From Candidatus Berkelbacteria bacterium (GTDB taxonomy: Bacteria; Patescibacteriota; UBA1384; 2-12-FULL-50-11): DNA of 64,000 nucleotides. Below the pieces are notes generated by a model, which worked only from the letters and a program-made list of their open reading frames with translations, was not told the origin of the DNA and made no database searches. Shown here piece by piece: positions 34,973 through 43,641 of this stretch. The DNA lies in the NCBI GenBank assembly GCA_016432625.1, contig CP066697.1, forward strand, positions 151,113 through 215,112. Reading direction: 5' to 3'. Within the stretch, counting starts at the first letter, position 1, and every line of letters starts with the position of its first letter. The translations under genes and the position numbers were made by a program.

Positions 34973-37297
34973 GTGAACTTTATAACTAACGGCCAATACG
35001 TCGCGCAGGTTTCCCAGACAGGCGGCGGGCATTCGTTTATTGAAGACTCGGCCTATAACCGTATAACCAGGGAAATCCCGGGCGATAACCTCATCGAAGA
35101 CCGCCCCGGGCGTTACGTCTATATCCGCGACAACGATACCGGCGAGTATTGGGGCTTAACCTGGCAGCCGGTCATGAAGAAACTCGACCATTTTCAGACT
35201 CGTCACGGCATCGGCTACACCACCATTGAATCGTCGTACGACGGCATTGATGGCTCAATTACTTATTTCGTGCCACTTGAGGACCCGTGTGAGATCTGGC
35301 AGATCAAACTCAATAACTTTACAGAGCGCAAAAGGCGCCTAAGTATTTTTGTTTTCGTTGAATGGGATCTAGGCGTCAGACATGAAAATATCCTTGAGGC
35401 AGCCTTTAACGATTTGTTTAACGACATGATCTTTAAAGACAACACGATTTTCGCGACCAAACGGCGCTGGAACACTGCCGAGCGGGAGGGTCTGTATTGG
35501 GATAAAGTAGCGTTTCTGACTATGGATCATCAGGCGGATAGTTTTGACTGCATTAAAGAAAGATTCACCGGTATGTACGGTGACATTATTGCGCCGAAGG
35601 CTGTCATCGAAGGTAAATGCACCCGGAGTCAGGGATTAGGTCACCGCGCCGTTGGCGTTTTGCAGAAAAATATCACTCTCGGTCCGAAAGCGCCGGCGCA
35701 TTTCAACGTAATTCTCGGCGCTGGTTACACAAATCCCGAAGCAAAGAGCTTCGTTCAAGCCCAAACTTCGGGCATGCGTCACGCGGCCAAAATCATTGAA
35801 AAGTATCAGAAACCAAGCGCCATCGAACAAGCTTTTGAAGCTGTTCGCGCTCACTGGGAAGAGTATAACGGCCACGTTATGAGTAAATCGCCCGACCCGT
35901 TATTCGATTATTCATTTAATTATTGGAACAAGTATCAGTCTTGGATTACCAGCCACTGGTCTGAGATGGACACATATTATATCGGCGGCGGCGGCACGAT
36001 CGGTTTTCGAGACATGGCGCAGCACTTGATCGGCGTCATGCCAAACGATATCACCCTCGCTCGTAAACGTCTGCTCGAATTGCTCAGCTACCAATTCAAA
36101 GAGGGTCGTACAGTACATAACTGGGACAAGCTGACCAAGCGGGGTCATGTCACTGACCATTCCGACGACACTCAGTGGCTGATTACCTCAGTGTTGTTTT
36201 ACCTGAAAGAAACCGGCGACCTCAAATTCCTCAAAGAGGAAGTCGATTACTACGACACCGGACGGGCCACGATTTTACATCACGTCATTCGAGCGATGGA
36301 TTACAGCTTGAAGCACTTGTCCAGCCGCCATTTGCCGTATCGGATGAGCGCCGACTGGAACGACGCCCTAAATGGGGAACACGAGAGCAAAGGCGAGAGC
36401 CAGATGGTTGCTTGCCAGATTTGTTACAACATCCGCGAACTGGCGCCGTTCTTAAATGAGATCGGCGAGCACGAGTTGGTTGATAAATACCAGCGGATTT
36501 ATAAGAAAATAAAAGAATCTGTTAATCACTATCTTTGGGATGGCGGTTGGTACACTCGGGGTACCGCCAAAGACCATTCCGCTATTGGCTCAAAAAAGAG
36601 TAAAGCCAACAAGATCGATATTAACGCCCAAAGTTGGGCGGTGCTAAGCGGTGTTGCCGACAAGCCCCGCGGTATTAAGGCGATGGACGCGGTCTGGAAA
36701 CACCTCAACACCAAATACGGTCCGGCGATGTTTTTACCTTCATATCAACACCCAGAAGAACGCTACGGCGTGATCTCGCAATTTACGCCTGGCACTAAAG
36801 AGAACGGCGCTATCTTTAACCATCCGGTGGCCTGGGCGGTTATTGCTGAAACGGTTCTGGGGCGAGGGGATCACGCCTATAAGTTCTGGAAAGAGACGAG
36901 TTTCGCCTATCGAGGTCAGGAACCAGAGCTCTATCGCGTCGAGCCGTACGTCTACGCAGAGTTTGTTTACGGTCCGGAGCACCCGGAGTTTGGCCGAGGG
37001 TCTTTCACTTGGGCAACTGGTTCCGCCTCCTGGTTCTGGCGCGCCTGCTTAGATTACATCCTAGGTCTGCAGCCGGTTTTGGGTGGTTTGAAAATCGACC
37101 CATGCTTGCCCAAAGACTGGCGGCAGGTTGAGATCGGCCGCAAGTTCCGTGGTGCCGATTATCACATCCGGATTCAAAATCCGTTCCGCGTTAATCGTGG
37201 CGTTGACCGAATTCTCGTTGACGGCGTCAGAATTACCGGCAACGTTATCGCTCCGTTTAATTCCGGCGTCCACTTTGTCGAAGTAGTCTTAGGCTAA
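34973..37297 (+). CDS. GH94 glycoside phosphorylase (cellobiose/chitobiose-phosphorylase-like). The 5' end is anomalous (see findings).
   Basis: 774 aa from the first canonical start (GTG). Family-typical N-terminal region PWVNFITNG...GGGHSF...GRYVYIRD and a catalytic-domain-sized body. Confidence 0.8.
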   Translation: MNFITNGQYVAQVSQTGGGHSFIEDSAYNRITREIPGDNLIEDRPGRYVYIRDNDTGEYWGLTWQPVMKKLDHFQTRHGIGYTTIESSYDGIDGSITYFVPLEDPCEIWQIKLNNFTERKRRLSIFVFVEWDLGVRHENILEAAFNDLFNDMIFKDNTIFATKRRWNTAEREGLYWDKVAFLTMDHQADSFDCIKERFTGMYGDIIAPKAVIEGKCTRSQGLGHRAVGVLQKNITLGPKAPAHFNVILGAGYTNPEAKSFVQAQTSGMRHAAKIIEKYQKPSAIEQAFEAVRAHWEEYNGHVMSKSPDPLFDYSFNYWNKYQSWITSHWSEMDTYYIGGGGTIGFRDMAQHLIGVMPNDITLARKRLLELLSYQFKEGRTVHNWDKLTKRGHVTDHSDDTQWLITSVLFYLKETGDLKFLKEEVDYYDTGRATILHHVIRAMDYSLKHLSSRHLPYRMSADWNDALNGEHESKGESQMVACQICYNIRELAPFLNEIGEHELVDKYQRIYKKIKESVNHYLWDGGWYTRGTAKDHSAIGSKKSKANKIDINAQSWAVLSGVADKPRGIKAMDAVWKHLNTKYGPAMFLPSYQHPEERYGVISQFTPGTKENGAIFNHPVAWAVIAETVLGRGDHAYKFWKETSFAYRGQEPELYRVEPYVYAEFVYGPEHPEFGRGSFTWATGSASWFWRACLDYILGLQPVLGGLKIDPCLPKDWRQVEIGRKFRGADYHIRIQNPFRVNRGVDRILVDGVRITGNVIAPFNSGVHFVEVVLG

Positions 37298-37464
37298 AAT
37301 AGCGGCTGGCTCAAGTCGATAGTAATCGGTTCGAAGAATTCTGCGGCCCCAATGCCGCTATTTTGCAGTTGAATTAGCAACGCATAAGCGCCGATTGCCA
37401 GAGTTACGAAAAATACAAACGCGTAGAGTAGTAACCAGCGACGTTCCTTGTGGCGCGCACTCAT
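37294..37464 (-). CDS. Possible 56-aa single-TM protein
   Basis: MSARHKERRWLLLYAFVFFVTLAIGAYALLIQLQNSGIGAAEFFEPITIDLSQPLF. ATG start. Below the ORF-track cutoff. Convergent 4-nt overlap with the GH94 stop. Confidence 0.35.
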   Translation of the reverse strand: MSARHKERRWLLLYAFVFFVTLAIGAYALLIQLQNSGIGAAEFFEPITIDLSQPLF

Positions 37465-37483
37465 TAGAATTAGACTACATCAA

Positions 37484-39493
37484 ATGCCAGAGCCTATCAC
37501 GCTTTCAAGCAGTATCACCAAATTGTATGGCGTGGGAGAGCAAGTGCAGACCAAGCTCTCTAAGCTCGGCGTCAAAACCGTCAGAGACCTGCTTGAATTA
37601 TTGCCTCATCGCGCCGAAGATCGGACGAACCTTTGTTTGATTAAAGATTTAAAGATCCAAGACGAAGCGGTGATTCACGGCACGATAACTCGTGTCAGCG
37701 CCCGGATGAGCAAGCGCGGTGTTTTGGTAATTGAAGCGAGAGTTAAAGATAACAGCGGCTCGATTAACGCAGTTTGGTTCAATCAACGTTACTTGCTGAA
37801 GAATTTAGAAGAGGGACAAAGCATCAGTCTTTACGGCGCTAAACGAATTGTACCGACAATGGGGAACCCGTTTTTCGTTAAGAAAATTATTTCTAACTTG
37901 GAAATTGCTCCTATATATCCCGGAACCTCGGGTCTGAATCAGGCAACAATCAGCCGATTGATTTCGCAAGTTCGGCCGCTCCTAACCAGCATTAAGGATA
38001 TTATCCCACCCAAAGTCGTGACAGAACTTGGCCTGCCGTCACGTCGGTTAGCGTTGGAAGCGGCGCATTTTTCGCCAAACGAAAAAACCTTAGAACAAGC
38101 ACGCAAGTTACTTGGCTTCGAAGAGCTATTTATACTGTGTTTGCAGGCTTTGGTTGCCAAAGAGTCTCGTCAAGAGGATCGGGCGATGAGCATTAAGCCT
38201 GAGGGTAAAGAAATCGCAAGAATAAAAAGTAGTGTTGGTTTTGATTTAACGGCTTCTCAGGAGGAAGTGCTGTCGGAAGTGATCTCGGATCTAAGCGAAT
38301 CTTACCCGATGAACCGCTTGCTCTACGGAGAAGTTGGTAGTGGCAAGACGGCAGTTGGTTTGATAGCGGCGGCAATGGTCGCCCGACGAGGCAAAAAAGT
38401 GGTTTGGCTTAGTCCAACAACGGCGCTTGCCAACCAGCAAGCGCGGCTAACGGGAGAATATTGTAATAAGTTACAGTTAACTTGTAGTCTACTGACCGGT
38501 CACCATAAGGATCCACATGAAAAGGCGTCAGTTATCGTTGGTACGCACGTTCTTTTGCAAGAGAAGGTTACCTTGGGAGATGTGGGGCTGGTGGTTATCG
38601 ATGAGCAGCATAGGTTCGGGGTCGACCAGCGCAACTTCTTACTGAAAAATCATCCGCACGCCCATTTATTAATGCTCAGCGCTACGCCAATTCCTCGCAC
38701 ACTCGCGCACACCCTCTTCGGCCACTTAGATGTTAGCTATTTGACCGAAAAACCATCACATCAAAAACCGATTGAGACATATGTCTTTGAAGACGATGAG
38801 CGCGAGAAAGTTGAAGCGCATATTAATAAGCGACTCGAAAGCAAACAGCAAGGGTATATCATTTGCCCACTTATTAATCCGACAGGAAATACGACAACGC
38901 TATTCCAAAGCGAACGAAAAGCCGTGACGACTGAGCTGAAGCGTGTTGAAGAGGCGCATCCTACGGCCAAAGTCGGTCTCTTGCACGGAAGATTAAAGCA
39001 GGAAGATAAGGAGGCGGTAATGCAAGGTTTCATGGAGGGGGAGATCGACATCCTGCTTTCCACAAGCGTAGTAGAAGTTGGCATCGATAATAAAAACGCC
39101 ACTTGGATATTAATTGAGGAGGCAGATTGTTTCGGGCTGAGCCAGCTTCATCAATTGCGTGGTCGAGTTGGCCGAGGTGAACGGCCGTCGGTTTGTTTTC
39201 TGCAAAATTCACAAACTACTGAGCACGCAACTGAGAGATTGAAAGCTTTGAGGAACGCTAAAGATGGTTTAGAAATAGCTGAGTTTGATTTAAAGTTTCG
39301 CGGGCCGGGCAATATCGCGGGTTACGAGCAAAGCGGCTTGCCCAATCTTCGTTACGCTGACTTAAATGACCTCGGGGAAATAAAAAAAGCATATACTGCA
39401 GCTAAGGAAATTATGGACGAAGGGTTGAGTAAGTATCCGCTGCTAACAAAACAGCTAAAGAATGGTCAGGAAAATGGACTTGCCGCGGCTTGA
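37484..39493 (+). CDS. recG: ATP-dependent DNA helicase RecG
   Basis: Wedge/OB N-terminal region. Helicase motifs GEVGSGKT, VIDEQHRFG, SATPIPRT, QLHQLRGRVGRG. Confidence 0.9.
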   Translation: MPEPITLSSSITKLYGVGEQVQTKLSKLGVKTVRDLLELLPHRAEDRTNLCLIKDLKIQDEAVIHGTITRVSARMSKRGVLVIEARVKDNSGSINAVWFNQRYLLKNLEEGQSISLYGAKRIVPTMGNPFFVKKIISNLEIAPIYPGTSGLNQATISRLISQVRPLLTSIKDIIPPKVVTELGLPSRRLALEAAHFSPNEKTLEQARKLLGFEELFILCLQALVAKESRQEDRAMSIKPEGKEIARIKSSVGFDLTASQEEVLSEVISDLSESYPMNRLLYGEVGSGKTAVGLIAAAMVARRGKKVVWLSPTTALANQQARLTGEYCNKLQLTCSLLTGHHKDPHEKASVIVGTHVLLQEKVTLGDVGLVVIDEQHRFGVDQRNFLLKNHPHAHLLMLSATPIPRTLAHTLFGHLDVSYLTEKPSHQKPIETYVFEDDEREKVEAHINKRLESKQQGYIICPLINPTGNTTTLFQSERKAVTTELKRVEEAHPTAKVGLLHGRLKQEDKEAVMQGFMEGEIDILLSTSVVEVGIDNKNATWILIEEADCFGLSQLHQLRGRVGRGERPSVCFLQNSQTTEHATERLKALRNAKDGLEIAEFDLKFRGPGNIAGYEQSGLPNLRYADLNDLGEIKKAYTAAKEIMDEGLSKYPLLTKQLKNGQENGLAAA

Positions 39494-39911
39494 AGAGCAG
39501 CTTAGTCACCGGTTCGGCTGGGTGGTGACGTTATTTCTTGTTGCTGGAACGGCCTTCATCCTCGGTCGGCAGTATCAACCAAGAATCGAGACGACCTCGG
39601 GGGACGAGGTCGTCAGCGCTAGCCAACCGGCGGGCATAATTCAGGATATTCAACAGTCGCTATCTAGCGGAACCGATACCGACGTTGTCACTTCTAGCGA
39701 CCCTATCGCTGAAAGCACGGGGATTGTTCACCTAAATAGCGCCACTCTTGCCGAGCTCGACAAGTTACCCGGGATCGGTCCAACGAAAGCTCGAGCCATT
39801 ATTGACTACCGGACGGCCAATGGCCCGTTTGTTCGCGTTGACGATCTCGTGAACGTAAAAGGTATTGGACCAGCGACGTTAGAGAAACTGCGTAGCCAAA
39901 TTACCTTATAA
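39462..39911 (+). CDS. comEA: ComEA DNA-binding competence protein (helix-hairpin-helix). The start could instead be the ATG at 39474.
   Basis: N-terminal TM helix. LNSATLAELDKLPGIGPTKARAIIDYR and VKGIGPATLEKL HhH motifs. Confidence 0.8.
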   Translation: MVRKMDLPRLEEQLSHRFGWVVTLFLVAGTAFILGRQYQPRIETTSGDEVVSASQPAGIIQDIQQSLSSGTDTDVVTSSDPIAESTGIVHLNSATLAELDKLPGIGPTKARAIIDYRTANGPFVRVDDLVNVKGIGPATLEKLRSQITL

Positions 39912-39961
39912 CTGCTGAATTTGTTCGAGATTTTTGTTAAAATTAACCAGTTAATTAGGCA

Positions 39962-40044
39962 GCCGGGATGGCGAAATGGTAGACGCACTAGCTTTAGGAG
40001 CTAGCGGGAGCAATCCCATGGAGGTTCAAGTCCTCTTCCCGGCA
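39962..40044 (+). tRNA. tRNA-Leu (anticodon TAG), type II
   Basis: Acceptor GCCGGGA/TCCCGGC, anticodon stem CTAGC/GCTAG with loop TTTAGGA, long variable arm, T-arm GGAGGTTCAAGTCCTCT. Confidence 0.85.
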
Positions 40045-40045
40045 C

Positions 40046-40124
40046 TGAACCCAAGGTTCACTACGAACCGCCGAAGGCGGTGAAGTGCCAAGCACGTTAG
40101 TGCGAGCGGTCCTCTCCCAGGCAC
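40046..40124 (+). repeat. Hairpin-rich segment ending in a degenerate copy of the tRNA-Leu(TAG) 3' end
   Basis: GTCCTCTCCCAGGCAC (40109-40124) matches GTCCTCTTCCCGGCAC (40030-40045) at 14/16 positions. Between them lie TGAACC-caa-GGTTCA and ACCGCC-gaa-GGCGGT hairpins. Confidence 0.5.
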
Positions 40125-40141
40125 GGACGAGTTAGGTTAGA

Positions 40142-41173
40142 ATGTGCAAAATGCCTCTGACGGTTCTCGAGGAAAGAATATTAGATTCGATTATTGTTGC
40201 CTCAGACAACGACCCCGCAAAGCCGGAGTTTCCTGCCGATGATCCGAAGTTTCCAGCAACGCCGACATACAAAATCGAAATCCCAGGTTTTAGTAATGTT
40301 TGGCTTAAAGATGAGTCGCATAACCCAACTGGCACCCACAAAGACCGGATGGCCTGGGAGATCATCGTCACCTACCGTGACTTTTTAGTAGCAAAAGAGA
40401 GCGGCCAAGTCTCCGGCGGACTGCCGACGCTGTCCATTATCTCCTCGGGTGGAGCAGCAGTTTCTATCCAGACCCAGTTACGTAAATATAAACTACCGAA
40501 CCTCAAGGTCTTAGCCGACAAGACGACATCAAAAACCATACTGGCTTTTCTGCACCATTTAGGATGCGAACTTTATCTAACCGATTTATCCAGGCGGCCA
40601 TTTAGTACTAGGGAGATTCTGAAGCTAACGAACAATCCTAGCGGTTTCGATATTACTTCAAGCGAAGCGCTTGATCCGACAACAAGATTTTATGACTGGT
40701 TAAGTTATGAGGTTCTTAATAATTCACCGGAATATTGCTTTATCCCTTTCGGGACTGGGAATCTTTACGAGAACATACTCAATATAAATAAGCGGGAGGC
40801 GACGGCCGACACACACGATCCGCGTTTCAAAGGCGATGTTCGGATTTTGCGACAGTGCAACTTTTTTGGCGCTACATCAAACAACCGCAATACCAAAGCC
40901 GACAAGCTATATTCGCCGCACTTGCCGTTCGTACACTACGACGAGCAGTGGATCCGGTTTTATCGCCAAGCCGGTTACTGCGGTCCCGATTCTGATGTCT
41001 TTCCGGTGGAGGAGAAGTACTTCGATGAAGCAATGCAACTAGCTGATGCTAATAACGTGAGGTGTGAGTACTCAGGGATCGCTGGACTAGCGCTAATGTT
41101 GCAGATGAAAGACTCCCTGCCGCGTGACAAGAAAATGTTGATAGTAAATACCGGTAAATCCGTCTCCTCATAG
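40142..41173 (+). CDS. Fold-type II PLP-dependent enzyme (threonine synthase / cysteine synthase-like)
   Basis: LKDESHNPTGTHKDR resembles the PLP-lysine motif (NPTGSFKDR) of this superfamily. 343 aa. Confidence 0.6.
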   Translation: MCKMPLTVLEERILDSIIVASDNDPAKPEFPADDPKFPATPTYKIEIPGFSNVWLKDESHNPTGTHKDRMAWEIIVTYRDFLVAKESGQVSGGLPTLSIISSGGAAVSIQTQLRKYKLPNLKVLADKTTSKTILAFLHHLGCELYLTDLSRRPFSTREILKLTNNPSGFDITSSEALDPTTRFYDWLSYEVLNNSPEYCFIPFGTGNLYENILNINKREATADTHDPRFKGDVRILRQCNFFGATSNNRNTKADKLYSPHLPFVHYDEQWIRFYRQAGYCGPDSDVFPVEEKYFDEAMQLADANNVRCEYSGIAGLALMLQMKDSLPRDKKMLIVNTGKSVSS

Positions 41174-41382
41174 CTGGTGTTACAGCAACTCCCAAAGGTG
41201 CCTGAAAATCGATGAATATGGTCCAGAACGAGGTTTTCGTGCGTCTCCAAACCTAACAAAAGAAGGGCTTGGCGGCTTGATTTAGCGACCTAAAGTGTGT
41301 AAGATTTGGGGCGTCCAAAGCTCTTTTACGGGGCAATGGCGCAAATCTCATCACTGAATGGATCCGAAAGGAGTAGAAAAGA

Positions 41383-42366
41383 TTGAAGTTTCTCCGATCT
41401 CTAAAGGAATACCTCCTCTTTGCCTGGGAATACCTGACGCATGACCCGGGCAAGGGGCGCTACGCCCTCCACATGTTCGCCAACACGGCCGACATGTACT
41501 TTTTCGTTAACAGGGGTGGCGTCTTAAGGGGATCAGAGAACCCGGCCACTCAACTGACTCGTCAACGGCTCGGCGGCAGCTACAAACCGCTCCTGCCTAA
41601 TGAGGACCTCGGTATGGTTATCGAGTGCCTCGAGACTGGACAGCCCAAGGAAATCTTTGGGTTATTCGACGGCAAACGTGCCGTCTGGACCTGCACGCCT
41701 AGGCTCGGAACCGGCGAAGTGATGGTTTGCCTCTCGGTTGAACGAGGGGAGCTAATCCACCAAGCCACGATCCACCCCTTGAGCGGCCTACGTAACAGGT
41801 TGGCCTTCGAGACTGACTTAGACCGGATGCCTTCGGTCGAGAACGGCACCTACGAAGCCATAGTGTTCATTGATGTCGACAACTTTGGCGACTTCAATAG
41901 CAGCCTTGGCCACGAAATAGGTGATTTCGTCATCCGCGAGGTGGGTCATGCCACCAGGGAACAGTTCCGCCAGATCGACATGTCGTACACCTACGGTGGC
42001 GATGAGGAGGTCGTGCGAATGCGCGAGATACCTGGCGAATTTGCTGAAGCGAAGAAGGTCGTGGAACAGACGACCAAACTGCTTCAGCGCAGGATCGCTC
42101 GCATCAAGCACAAGGGCAAAGCACTTGGCATCACCGTCTCGATTGGCGTTACGCTTTTCGAGAGCGGTGAAACCGATCTGCAGCAGCGGATCAAGGAGGC
42201 CGACGACGCCCTCTACTTCGCCAAGGAAACAGGACGAGACAGGGTCTGCTTCTTCCAAGAAGTCGATCCGTCCTGGCTATCCGAACGCCGCAAAGTCGCT
42301 CCGACTATCGGAGCGACGGAGCAGAAACGGCCTGTTGTAGTGAAAACCGCAAAGAGCCCGGCCTAG
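41383..42366 (+). CDS. GGDEF-domain protein (diguanylate cyclase-like) with an uncharacterised N-terminal domain. The active-site motif reads GGDEE.
   Basis: TTG start with AAAGGAG 9 nt upstream. Motifs HPLSGLRNRLAF, FIDVDNFGDFNSSLGHEIGD, RQID-x5-GGDEE, SIGV, ADDALYFAKETGRDR. Confidence 0.8.
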   Translation: MKFLRSLKEYLLFAWEYLTHDPGKGRYALHMFANTADMYFFVNRGGVLRGSENPATQLTRQRLGGSYKPLLPNEDLGMVIECLETGQPKEIFGLFDGKRAVWTCTPRLGTGEVMVCLSVERGELIHQATIHPLSGLRNRLAFETDLDRMPSVENGTYEAIVFIDVDNFGDFNSSLGHEIGDFVIREVGHATREQFRQIDMSYTYGGDEEVVRMREIPGEFAEAKKVVEQTTKLLQRRIARIKHKGKALGITVSIGVTLFESGETDLQQRIKEADDALYFAKETGRDRVCFFQEVDPSWLSERRKVAPTIGATEQKRPVVVKTAKSPA

Positions 42367-42431
42367 TGCCGGGCTCGACTCTTACCCTCCAAGTTTTGTA
42401 TTAAAGAAACGTCCCTGTAACAATACGTTTG

Positions 42432-43349
42432 ATGCTGAAGCGAAAAATAATCCTCGAACCTCGCGATCTTTGGTGGGAAGCTCAGGGCGTGTTTAATCCG
42501 GGGGTCGCTGAATATAATGGTCGCACCTATATGCTTTATCGCGCTTTTGGCCGCGATAATTTGTCGCGTCTTGGCCTAGCAATCTCAGAGGACGGCGAGC
42601 ATTTTGAACGATTTGATCAACCAATGCTCGAAGCGGATGAGCATAATCCGTACGAGCGTCTTGGTGTTGAAGACCCACGAATTACCAAAATCGACAAGGA
42701 TTATTACATCACCTACATCGCCGCCTCCGTCTACCCGGCGGACTATAAAGGGATGAGCGCGCACTCTTTGAATACCCCTGGGGTACCTTGGCGAGTGAGA
42801 GTTTGCGGATACCGAACCCGCGACTTCCGGACCTTCGAGAAGCTCGGCGTTCTCATTCCTAATTTAGACACCAAAAACCCAGCGCTCTTTAGCCGCAAAA
42901 TTCAAAATAACTATTGGTTAATTCATCGAATATCGCTGGCCATCTACGTCTCAGTTTCGACAAACTTGAAACAGTTTGGCGGTGGCTATCAACTGATGCA
43001 GCCGGAAACGGAGTGGGAAGCGGCCAAGGTTGGGGTTGCCTGCCCACCGCTCGAAACTGAGCACGGCTGGCTGATGTTTTATCACGGGGTTGACGAGAAA
43101 TCGGTCTACCATATCGGTGTCGCCCTCCTTGATCGTCAAAACCCCGCCTTTATCCTGAAGCGAACTAAAACGCCGCTCATGAGCCCAGAAGAGCCCTGGG
43201 AGAAGAAAGGCTATGTAAATAATGTTGTGTTCGTAACTGGTGTAACTGAGCGTCGGGGCATGCTGAATTTGTACTATGGGGGTGGCGATAAGGTAGTCGG
43301 TGTTGCTAAAATCTCAATTGATGCAGTACTTGAATCTCTCGATCGCTAA
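42432..43349 (+). CDS. GH130 family glycoside phosphorylase/hydrolase-like protein
   Basis: GVFNPGVAEYNGRTYMLYRA and EDPRITKIDKDYYITY motifs are typical of GH130 (DUF377) beta-propellers. Confidence 0.75.
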   Translation: MLKRKIILEPRDLWWEAQGVFNPGVAEYNGRTYMLYRAFGRDNLSRLGLAISEDGEHFERFDQPMLEADEHNPYERLGVEDPRITKIDKDYYITYIAASVYPADYKGMSAHSLNTPGVPWRVRVCGYRTRDFRTFEKLGVLIPNLDTKNPALFSRKIQNNYWLIHRISLAIYVSVSTNLKQFGGGYQLMQPETEWEAAKVGVACPPLETEHGWLMFYHGVDEKSVYHIGVALLDRQNPAFILKRTKTPLMSPEEPWEKKGYVNNVVFVTGVTERRGMLNLYYGGGDKVVGVAKISIDAVLESLDR

Positions 43350-43641
43350 ATCAGGCTACGATCGGTGGCGATCGCTATCCGAAGAACATCGCCTAACTGT
43401 TAGATGGGCAATGGTGACGGCCATGACGGTGGCTGTCTACTTTTGGGCGCTATTCGTTATGCCAGAGAATCAGACGGTTATGCGTTATTTCTTGAGCCTT
43501 TATGTTGTTGATAGTATCGTTTTCTTCCTTATTTTTCGCGACTATCAAGCCCTTGGCAAGACAATGCTAGTCTTCCTTTTCGCCTTAGAATTGGTCGTCG
43601 CGCTTTACTACGGCTTCAATTATTTGAGCGCTGGGGTATGA
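43321..43641 (+). CDS. Small three-TM membrane protein (start uncertain, 43300-43321)
   Basis: Overlaps GH130 at its 5' end and GT2 at its 3' end (ATGA). Hydrophobic helices. Confidence 0.45.
   Translation: MQYLNLSIAKSGYDRWRSLSEEHRLTVRWAMVTAMTVAVYFWALFVMPENQTVMRYFLSLYVVDSIVFFLIFRDYQALGKTMLVFLFALELVVALYYGFNYLSAGV

Noticed and set aside
41174-41382. Possible c-di-GMP (GEMM-I) riboswitch upstream of the GGDEF gene, suggested by GGGGCGTCCAAAGC and GGGGCAATGG strings
   Set aside because: The motif order is reversed relative to the GEMM-I consensus as I recall it, and no supporting helices could be drawn by hand. An Rfam scan would be needed to revisit this.
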